From positions 128,848 to 160,847 of the forward strand of contig PDZX01000001.1 of NCBI GenBank assembly GCA_002753185.1: a stretch of 32,000 nucleotides of DNA, in the 5' to 3' direction. The notes under the pieces are model-generated. The model searched no databases. It saw only the letters and a program-made list of their open reading frames with translations, and was not told the DNA's origin. Of the stretch, positions 7,373-14,653 are shown piece after piece. Numbering within the stretch: position 1 is the first letter of the stretch; each line of letters opens with the position of its first letter. Source of the DNA: Magnetococcales bacterium WMHbin3 (GTDB lineage Bacteria > Pseudomonadota > Magnetococcia > Magnetococcales > Magnetaquicoccaceae). The position numbers and the translations under genes are program-made.

Positions 7373-10026
7373 GCCACAAGGAAATCATCAATAAAGTCCG
7401 TGAGAATCTTCGAGAATGCAATATCACGGATCCGGATATTCGGCTGCAACCGGATCATTTCCAGCCAAATGAATGGAGGATTGCAGTTATTTCATCACAA
7501 TTTTTAAATATTGATAATAATGATAGAGAAGAGATTGCATTAAAAAATTTAAATAATATAAAATTTCAATGGAAGGATTTTCTGACGCCAGAGGAAGCGG
7601 AATGGGCGGGACCGCTACCCAGTGCCGGGGACCCGGAGCATCTTCCCCTTTGGCCGGAAGTCCTCGCAGGCGAACCTGCGAGCGAATGGATCGATACCGC
7701 ATTTCCCACGGACGCCGATGATGATTTATCCCCTCCTATCGTCGTTACCTTTTATTCCCTGCGAGGTGGGGTTGGTCGTTCCACGGCCATGGCTTATACG
7801 GCAAAATTGCTTGCGGCCAAAGGCCGCAAAGTGATCTGCGTTGATATGGACCTTGAAGCTCCTGGATTGACATCGCTTTTTGCTATCTCCGAAGAAAAAA
7901 TCCGCTTACTGGAAGATGGAAAATCTCTAAGGGGGGTCATTGCATTGCTCGAAGAGTTGGATGCGGGTGGAAAACCTGATTTTGCCCAGCACCTGATCCC
8001 GGTCAATAAATACGACTCCCTGTTCCTGCTTCCTGCTGGCGTTCCGGGTGCGGAATATGCCAGGCAACTGCGCCTCATTACACCTGATTTTTGGTACAAG
8101 GAGGAACACAATCCTTTACAAGAGTTCTTTGAAGCGTTAGCGACGCGGCTTTTTTTCAAGCCAGACTTCATTCTTCTCGACGCTCGAACAGGACTCTCCG
8201 ATATAAGTGGGCCTTTATTGTTTGGATTGTCAGATATGGCAATCATAACATTTTTTCCTCATCCCCAGGCGGAAAGAGGCACAAGATTGTTGACCCGTGG
8301 ACTTCTTCGTGCAAAAGTCAAACGTTCCGGTCGTGATGGGAACCTCTCCCCTGTTCCCCGGTTCCTGGTGTCGCCTGTTCCGCAAAGCAATGCGCCTGAA
8401 GTCAAGAAGAGGTATCGGGATCGCGCCTTGGGATGGGTCGCATCCTGGATGAAGGCCGCACAACAAACCCGCCAGGACAAGGGATTGGAGGAGATTCTCG
8501 AGGAGGAAATCACCCATTTTGTGGAATACAGAGAAGATGTCGCGACATCGGATGCGATCCTTGAGTTCGATAATGAAAAATCTCCATATGATAAATTGGC
8601 GGAATGGATTGAGCGGTTGTTGCCGCAATATGGAGAACAGGTTGCCCAACATCAGGTCAAGGCTGGCAAGCAGCAGGTTCTCGACCAGTTGACGATCGCT
8701 CCGGGGACTGCGGAACATCAGGAGGATTTGCTCAAGCATTTCATTATCATTGATACCGTTACACGCGCGATGGATGAAAAGATCAATCTCGTCCGTGGTC
8801 GCAAAGGTACAGGAAAAACGGCGCTTTTCAGATGGTTAACCGAAAGCGAAGACTATAAATTAAAAGTAATTATCGTACATGCCCCGCAAGGACTTTCCAA
8901 TAATCCATCCTGGATGATGAGTTACGATGGATTCAAGGAGGTCGAACGAATCCTTGCTGCGGCGGATGCGGAATGGAGGCATTTTTGGGGTTATTACTGT
9001 TGCATTGCCGTGCAACATTTTCTACATGAGCATGACCACTCCGTAAACGTTGCCGCACCCCTGCCGAGTAGCGTATCGGGTTTCTTGGATGCATTCGACC
9101 AAACACTGAAAAGGACGCGATTTGGTATTCGAATCGAGGAAGATATTAAACAATTGAATGAGCAACTGGCCTCGAATTCATCATGTATTTTGATCATGGA
9201 TGGCCTGGATACAGGATTTGGCAGCACCGATGAAGACTTGATGCGACGCAAAAGGGCTGTTGAAGGCCTTTTTTCATTTTTCATGGAAATTTCTTCATCC
9301 CTGGATCGTTTGAAATTTAAAATATTTTTAAGAGAAGATGTTTGGCAAACCATCAACTTTCAAAATAAAAGTCATATGTTTGGTCGAACAGAGATTTTGA
9401 GATGGAAAGATCAAACGGATTATTTAAAAGTGATCATCAAACAAATTATGAATCATAGAGTGTTCGTCGATTTTCTTGCACGTTCCAAAGAAACAAAAAA
9501 TCTGGCAAACATCCCTGACGATCAATGGAGTTCTGACGATATTAATAATGTCTGGAACCTCCTGGTGGGCGAGCGCATGAAGGGAGGAAATGCGACATTC
9601 ACCCGAAATTGGATATGGACCCGCCTTGCCGACGGCAACGACGATCATACACCAAGATTTCTTCTGCAATTATTCTCTCATGCAATCAAATGGGAAAGGG
9701 ATGAACAGAAGAAGAATAATTACGATAAAAGCATAATACGGCCGCGCAGCCTGATTGATTGCTTATCAAAAGTATCCAATGATGCGGTCTCGTCGCTGAA
9801 AGAAGAATTTCAGGAACTTGCGCCCTTGTTTTCTCAATTATCAAGCATCGGTTATACACCTATTCAGAAAAACGATCTACAGTCACAAGAAGATCTCATT
9901 GAGTTGGCCAGGGAGATCGGATTGCTGCACGTATATGAAACAGACACAATGGGTAATGCCGTGCGTTACAAAGTTCCGGACATTTATCGAATCGCGTTGG
10001 GAATGACTCGCAAAGGGCAGGCATGA
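7369..10026 (+). CDS. 885-aa multidomain NTPase: small N-terminal domain, ParA/MinD-like (SIMIBI) module with a deviant P-loop, and a second Walker A/B P-loop NTPase module with a C-terminal extension
   Basis: Module 1 has SLRGGVGRST (7756-7785), VDMDLEAPG and the Walker-B-like FILLDARTG. Module 2 has GRKGTGKT (8797-8820) and ILIMDGLD (9187-9210). It is a long uninterrupted ORF translationally coupled to the upstream ORF. Confidence 0.9.
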   Translation: MSHKEIINKVRENLRECNITDPDIRLQPDHFQPNEWRIAVISSQFLNIDNNDREEIALKNLNNIKFQWKDFLTPEEAEWAGPLPSAGDPEHLPLWPEVLAGEPASEWIDTAFPTDADDDLSPPIVVTFYSLRGGVGRSTAMAYTAKLLAAKGRKVICVDMDLEAPGLTSLFAISEEKIRLLEDGKSLRGVIALLEELDAGGKPDFAQHLIPVNKYDSLFLLPAGVPGAEYARQLRLITPDFWYKEEHNPLQEFFEALATRLFFKPDFILLDARTGLSDISGPLLFGLSDMAIITFFPHPQAERGTRLLTRGLLRAKVKRSGRDGNLSPVPRFLVSPVPQSNAPEVKKRYRDRALGWVASWMKAAQQTRQDKGLEEILEEEITHFVEYREDVATSDAILEFDNEKSPYDKLAEWIERLLPQYGEQVAQHQVKAGKQQVLDQLTIAPGTAEHQEDLLKHFIIIDTVTRAMDEKINLVRGRKGTGKTALFRWLTESEDYKLKVIIVHAPQGLSNNPSWMMSYDGFKEVERILAAADAEWRHFWGYYCCIAVQHFLHEHDHSVNVAAPLPSSVSGFLDAFDQTLKRTRFGIRIEEDIKQLNEQLASNSSCILIMDGLDTGFGSTDEDLMRRKRAVEGLFSFFMEISSSLDRLKFKIFLREDVWQTINFQNKSHMFGRTEILRWKDQTDYLKVIIKQIMNHRVFVDFLARSKETKNLANIPDDQWSSDDINNVWNLLVGERMKGGNATFTRNWIWTRLADGNDDHTPRFLLQLFSHAIKWERDEQKKNNYDKSIIRPRSLIDCLSKVSNDAVSSLKEEFQELAPLFSQLSSIGYTPIQKNDLQSQEDLIELAREIGLLHVYETDTMGNAVRYKVPDIYRIALGMTRKGQA

Positions 10027-10049
10027 GATGGTAGTCACGCATCCCAGCC

Positions 10050-11390
10050 TCACATCCCCGTTACCCGCCGGGCCATGGCCAGGGGACGTCTCAGCAGATA
10101 ATACCAGAGAGATACCTCCTCTCCAAGGATCCGGGCCGCGCCGCGCACGCCCAGGGCGGGCAGGGGTTCTCCAGGGGGAAAATCGGCCTTGAGACGGTAC
10201 GCCAGGATCCCATCCGGGAGAAGTTCGGCACGATAACTCGAATAACGTAACACAGCACGGAAGCGACGACCGGGTTCGGCGGCGCCGAACAGCTCGATGG
10301 GGGCGCCTTTAGGAAAACTCAGCGCGTCGGCCACGGGGAGATAAATCTCCAACTCCACCTTGGCAGGGTCGGCCAGCATCAGAATTTTTTCACCAATCGC
10401 CACTGGACGACCCAGCCAGTCGTTGGCATCGCCGAAAACCGCCACCCCGTCGCGGCTGGCGGTCACCCGCACCCGCTCCACCTGCTGACGCAAGAATTCC
10501 AGATCCGCCCCCTTCTGCTCCATGCGCCCTTTCAACAGTGCCTGGCGGGTGGCGTCACGGGGATTGCGCAACGCGGTCTGCACCGCCTGCCGGTACTCGG
10601 CCCGCGCCACCTCCAACTCGGTTCGGGTGACGGCCAGCCGGTTCGACAGCTTGCGGGCGTCGAGACTGAAGAGCGCCTGGCCGGCGCTCACCACCTGGTT
10701 GGGCGTGACGTGGAATTCGTCCACCACCCCCTCCAACGGGGCGCGCACCAGCACCGGATCACGGGGGATCACCTCTGCTGGGGCCACCACCGACTGCCGC
10801 ACCGGCAACCACGACAAAAGCAAAACCAATGCAACCAACAACAAACGCCCTCTGCCGGGCAACCCCTCCCGCAAACGCCGCCAAAAGGATCTCCTGGCCC
10901 GCAACCCCCACCAGACCGGCGCAGAGGTGAGCAGCAATTGGGAAAACAGCACCTTCTCCCCCTCGCTCCAGGGTTCCTCGCGCGCCAGCAACAACCCCCC
11001 CAACGGACGACCGGCCTCCCCGGACAAGGCGATCGGCAGCCAAAGGGCGTGGCGCGGCAGCCACTCGTCCCATGCCTCGCCCAGGGAGGGTGGCAGATCT
11101 TTTGACTGTATGGAAACGGGATCCGTGTTTGTCTGCAAATGATTGCAAATTGCAGAAATCCAGCGCACGAAGGGGGTTTCCTGGTCGGGCAGCGGAATGC
11201 CGGACAACGCCTCCACCCGTCCGTTCGGGTCGGCGCGCCACAGAACGGCCTGCCGGTACGGCGCCAGATAGACCGTCTCGTTGACGAGGGAGTAATGAAA
11301 CTCCTCCAGGGTGGTGGTGCCGGCGATGCGTTGCTGGAGATTGAGCAACGCACCCAGGATCGAATCGAGGGGTTGCCCGGCGGTGCTCAT
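10050..11390 (-). CDS. HlyD-family membrane-fusion/adaptor protein with an N-terminal cytoplasmic domain (tentatively GAF-like) and one TM helix
   Basis: The ATG at 11390 overlaps the upstream stop (ATGA at 11387-11390), so I rejected the track's 72-codon Arg/Gly-rich extension. A TM segment (LLLVALVLLLSWLP) is followed by a coiled-coil plus barrel-sandwich pattern typical of HlyD proteins. Confidence 0.8.
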   Translation of the reverse strand: MSTAGQPLDSILGALLNLQQRIAGTTTLEEFHYSLVNETVYLAPYRQAVLWRADPNGRVEALSGIPLPDQETPFVRWISAICNHLQTNTDPVSIQSKDLPPSLGEAWDEWLPRHALWLPIALSGEAGRPLGGLLLAREEPWSEGEKVLFSQLLLTSAPVWWGLRARRSFWRRLREGLPGRGRLLLVALVLLLSWLPVRQSVVAPAEVIPRDPVLVRAPLEGVVDEFHVTPNQVVSAGQALFSLDARKLSNRLAVTRTELEVARAEYRQAVQTALRNPRDATRQALLKGRMEQKGADLEFLRQQVERVRVTASRDGVAVFGDANDWLGRPVAIGEKILMLADPAKVELEIYLPVADALSFPKGAPIELFGAAEPGRRFRAVLRYSSYRAELLPDGILAYRLKADFPPGEPLPALGVRGAARILGEEVSLWYYLLRRPLAMARRVTGM

Positions 11391-12151
11391 GGCGTGGCGG
11401 CGGGGCGCCCCCCTCCCAGCGTGACCCGTCCGCTCATGCCAGGGGTGAGTTCCGGAAAAACGCCCAGGATCTCGCCGTTGATCTTGACCTGCTGCCCCAC
11501 CGCGTCGATCCTGGCGCCAATCGCGCGGATCGCCGCCGGATAGCTCTTGCCGGTCTCGTCGATGCGCACCAGGAACCGCTCCCGCGCGGCGAGCCGTTGC
11601 AGCCAACGGGAGGGAATGTTGAACAGCAGTTCCAACGTGCGGGGATCGTGAATTTCCAGCAATGCTTCCCCTGGCTTGACGTATTGATGTTCCCGCGCAT
11701 TCAGGGTCACCACCCGGCCCGCGAAGGGGGCGAGGACCTGGCAGCCGCCGATTTCAGCGCGAATGATGGCTACCTCGGCCTGCGCCTTCTCCTCCTCGGC
11801 CTTGGCCACGACCATCTCCATGCGGCTGGTGACGTTGAGGTTGTCCAGCCTTTCCTGCACTTTGGCCTTGGCGCTCTCCGCCTGCAACGCCGCCTTGGCG
11901 CGGTTCAGGCGCGCTTGCAGGATTTCGCAGTTCAGGGAAACCAGCAGATCCCCCTTGGCGAAGGCATCCCCCTCGCGAAACGGAATCCGCAGAATGCGCG
12001 CCGCCATCTCCGAGGAAAGGGTGGTGAAATGACGCGCCACCAACTCCGCGCGCACCTCCATCTCCTCGACCGGCGCAGCGCCAGACGACTCCTCGCCCCA
12101 GGCCAAACCAGGCAACAGGGCCAGCAGGATTGCCATGTGGTATTTTCTCAT
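11387..12151 (-). CDS. HlyD/biotin-lipoyl-like periplasmic adaptor protein with a signal peptide
   Basis: N-terminal signal sequence MRKYHMAILLALLPGLAWGEE. A lipoyl-like hairpin (FREGDAFAKGDLLVSL) is followed by a coiled coil and then APFAGRVVTLNAREHQYVKPGEALLEI. Confidence 0.85.
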   Translation of the reverse strand: MRKYHMAILLALLPGLAWGEESSGAAPVEEMEVRAELVARHFTTLSSEMAARILRIPFREGDAFAKGDLLVSLNCEILQARLNRAKAALQAESAKAKVQERLDNLNVTSRMEMVVAKAEEEKAQAEVAIIRAEIGGCQVLAPFAGRVVTLNAREHQYVKPGEALLEIHDPRTLELLFNIPSRWLQRLAARERFLVRIDETGKSYPAAIRAIGARIDAVGQQVKINGEILGVFPELTPGMSGRVTLGGGRPAATP

Positions 12152-12242
12152 GAAACGAGCATAGCATTATGGCTTGAATGTTGAAAGAGATTGGGGTTAA
12201 TCTTGCCGTCGATGCTCCTGCCCGCCCCTTTTTGGTTGCGCC

Positions 12243-12542
12243 ATGTCACTTGCCACCCATCGTCATCGACCGCTGCTGCTCTGGGGAAGCCTCGGATTGC
12301 TGCTGGCGGGCAGTCTGATCGCCGAGCAGTCCGGCGACAACGACATCCGCCCCACGGCCAGGGGAGCAGGGGATCTGCCGCCGGGATTCTCCAAAGGCTC
12401 CGCGGAAATCCGCCCCGGTGACGATCCGATGCGCAACCGGTGTCGATCCCGTGACGGCTCCCATGGCGTCAATGGCGCGCCACGTCTGTGGGATGCCCTC
12501 GGCGATTGTCCGGTGAATGGAGGTGGCGATGTCGAGCGCTAG
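12243..12542 (+). CDS. possible small secreted protein (99 aa)
   Basis: Signal-peptide-like N-terminus (RPLLLWGSLGLLLAGSLIAEQ). GC-rich third positions resemble host genes. No motif recognised. It overlaps the start of the next gene. Weak call. Confidence 0.3.
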   Translation: MSLATHRHRPLLLWGSLGLLLAGSLIAEQSGDNDIRPTARGAGDLPPGFSKGSAEIRPGDDPMRNRCRSRDGSHGVNGAPRLWDALGDCPVNGGGDVER

Positions 12543-14649
12543 ATTCCTGCTGGCGACCCTGACCGTGCTCCTGGCGACGGCCCTTTTGCTGTACGCCTGG
12601 CGCCACGCCCCGGAAAGAAAAGAGGTGCTGGCCATCGGTCTGGGCGCCCCCCTGAGCGGCCCCTTCCGGGAGATCGGACACTCCATGCGCCGGGGCGCCG
12701 AACTGGCCGTCCAGCACATCAACCAGCGCGGCGAGTTGAAGAATTTCACCCTGGAACTGGTCCCCGCCGACGACAAGAGCGGCACCAACGTCAATGTCCA
12801 GGCCGAAAAGGCGGCCAGGGAACTCATGACCCGCTCCAACATCGTCGGCGTGGTGGGACATTACTTCAGCGTGCCCACCATCGACGCGGGCGATATCTAC
12901 CGCATGCATTCCATCCCCTTCGTCACCCCCTCCGCCACCTTGCCGACCCTGACCGCCAACAACGACTGGGCCTTCGGCATCATGCCCGACGACTACTATC
13001 AGGCCCTGTTCCTGGCCAATTACGTGATCCACGGCCTCAACCGCAAAAAGATCGCTGTGATCCACTCCAGGGATCCCTACGGCAACTCCCTGAGCGAGTT
13101 CTTCGTCAAGGAGTTGCAGGTCAACAATCTCAAGCCCACCGTGTTCGTCGGTCTCGACAAGGAGAATTTCCAGCCGGAACGGCTCAAGGAGCATATCGAT
13201 GCCCTGAACCAGTCCGAAATCGTCTTCCTGGCCATGAACTACGTCAACGCGGCCAAGGCGATCCAGTTCCTGCGCAAAAACAGCATGAATGCCGACTTCA
13301 TCGGCGCCGAAAGCCTGGGTGGCGCTCATTTCCTCCAGGAGGCGGGGATCTACGCCGAGGATGTCTACGCCGTCACCCCCTACCTCCCCAGCCTGTTCGG
13401 CGAGGAGTCGAAACATTACCAGCACGACTACATCAAGGAGTTCCAACGCGAGCCGGACTGGGTCTCCACCTACTCCTACGAGGCGGTCAAGCTCCTGGCG
13501 CACGCTATCGGCCAGGTGGGCAAGGATGGCACGCGCATGCGCAACTTCATGCGCAAGATGATCTCCCATCAGGAGGCCCTGTCCGGCATCGCCGGAGACC
13601 TCCATTTCAACGAAACCGGCTCCAGCCGACGTCCTCTTTCGGTCGGGCAGGTCAAGCAGGGGCGTTTCATCCCGGCCCGTTTCCAGTTGACCCCTGTCAA
13701 GTACCAGGAACTGGCCAAGGCCAAGAGCGAAGAGGAGGGGGCCGACATCTTCACCATGGAGGGACGCTTCATGAAGCGGGCCACCGTGGTCTACACCGGC
13801 ATTCACGTCGATGAGATCAAGGCCTTCAACCCGGTGGAAGGCTCCTTTGTCGCCGATTTCAATCTCTGGTTCCGCTGGGATCCGGGCAGGAACAAGAATC
13901 TCGATTTCGAGATGACTTACGGCAAGGTGTTGACCGCCAGCGTGCGGGAAAAATATTTCGATGACAAGACAAACAATAATTTCATCTCTTATGCCGTCTC
14001 CTCCCGCATGGTGGACGAATTCCCCCTGCACGAGTACCCCTTCGATCAGCAGGTCCTGAAAATCCGCATCAAGCCGAAACTCAAGACCAGCGAGGAGTTG
14101 ATCCTGGTGACCGACATCGATGACGATACCCTCTTGCACCGGAAACTGGATTTCGGCTCCTGGAAGGATATCCGGCATTTTCATTTCACCAGTTCCAGGG
14201 AGTTCCTGTGGAGTTACCGCAATCCCAAGTACGACCGCAAGCTCTTCACCCTCGATCACTCCCAGTACAATTACCATGTCATCCTGGAGCGGAAGGTGGC
14301 GGCCTATGTGATCACCCTGCTGCCGCTGATGATCCTGGTGGCGTCGGCCTACGTGATCTTCACCATCGACTTCGAGTGGATCTCCTCCCGCTATACCGTG
14401 GGCATCACCACCATGTTGAGCGCCATGGCCTATCACAATGTCAACAAGCTGGGCGTGGGCTACCTGGTGCGGGGGGATCTCTTTTTCCTTTTTTCCTATG
14501 TCCTGTTCTTTTTCACCATCCTGGAGACCTCGGTGGTGGGATATTTTCGCAAGATCAAACGGGTGGAGATCGCGCAGCGGTTGGACATCATCTCCCTGAT
14601 CCTCTACCCGATTCTGGTCGGCGTTGCATTGGTCTTTTTGCTGAGGTGA
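12529..14649 (+). CDS. type-I periplasmic-binding-protein domain (LivJ/amide-receptor-like) fused to a prokaryotic pentameric ligand-gated ion channel (Cys-loop family homologue)
   Basis: GGAGG at 12519-12523 favours the ATG at 12529; the track start at 12517 is an alternative. The N-terminal ~350 aa look PBP1-like (LAIGLGAPLSGPF, RRGAELAV). The C-terminal part has the YPFDQQ signature (14035-14052). After that come an M1-like segment (RKVAAYVITLLPLMILVASAYVIF), M2 (RYTVGITTMLSAMAY), M3 and a short loop before M4. Confidence 0.9.
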   Translation: MSSARFLLATLTVLLATALLLYAWRHAPERKEVLAIGLGAPLSGPFREIGHSMRRGAELAVQHINQRGELKNFTLELVPADDKSGTNVNVQAEKAARELMTRSNIVGVVGHYFSVPTIDAGDIYRMHSIPFVTPSATLPTLTANNDWAFGIMPDDYYQALFLANYVIHGLNRKKIAVIHSRDPYGNSLSEFFVKELQVNNLKPTVFVGLDKENFQPERLKEHIDALNQSEIVFLAMNYVNAAKAIQFLRKNSMNADFIGAESLGGAHFLQEAGIYAEDVYAVTPYLPSLFGEESKHYQHDYIKEFQREPDWVSTYSYEAVKLLAHAIGQVGKDGTRMRNFMRKMISHQEALSGIAGDLHFNETGSSRRPLSVGQVKQGRFIPARFQLTPVKYQELAKAKSEEEGADIFTMEGRFMKRATVVYTGIHVDEIKAFNPVEGSFVADFNLWFRWDPGRNKNLDFEMTYGKVLTASVREKYFDDKTNNNFISYAVSSRMVDEFPLHEYPFDQQVLKIRIKPKLKTSEELILVTDIDDDTLLHRKLDFGSWKDIRHFHFTSSREFLWSYRNPKYDRKLFTLDHSQYNYHVILERKVAAYVITLLPLMILVASAYVIFTIDFEWISSRYTVGITTMLSAMAYHNVNKLGVGYLVRGDLFFLFSYVLFFFTILETSVVGYFRKIKRVEIAQRLDIISLILYPILVGVALVFLLR

Positions 14650-14653
14650 TCGC

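Larger units (their letters stand above)
6590..10049. other. AT-richer inserted segment (genomic islet) carrying a two-gene plus-strand cassette
   Basis: G+C is visibly lower than in both flanks. The segment sits between minus-strand genes that otherwise form one tightly packed operon. The boundaries are approximate. No integrase, transposase or flanking repeats were seen. Confidence 0.6.

Noticed and set aside
6540-10060. Search for direct or inverted repeats, att-like sites or tRNA fragments at the borders of the large islet
   Set aside because: I found nothing longer than trivial 6-7 bp matches by eye. Mobility of the islet therefore cannot be supported from the sequence.
10050-11606. Track-proposed longer 5' extensions of three genes (10050..11606, 29258..31339, 31021..31782)
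   Set aside because: In each case an internal ATG forms an ATGA overlap with the upstream gene's stop. The extra N-terminal residues are Arg/Gly/Pro-rich and would overlap the upstream coding region extensively.
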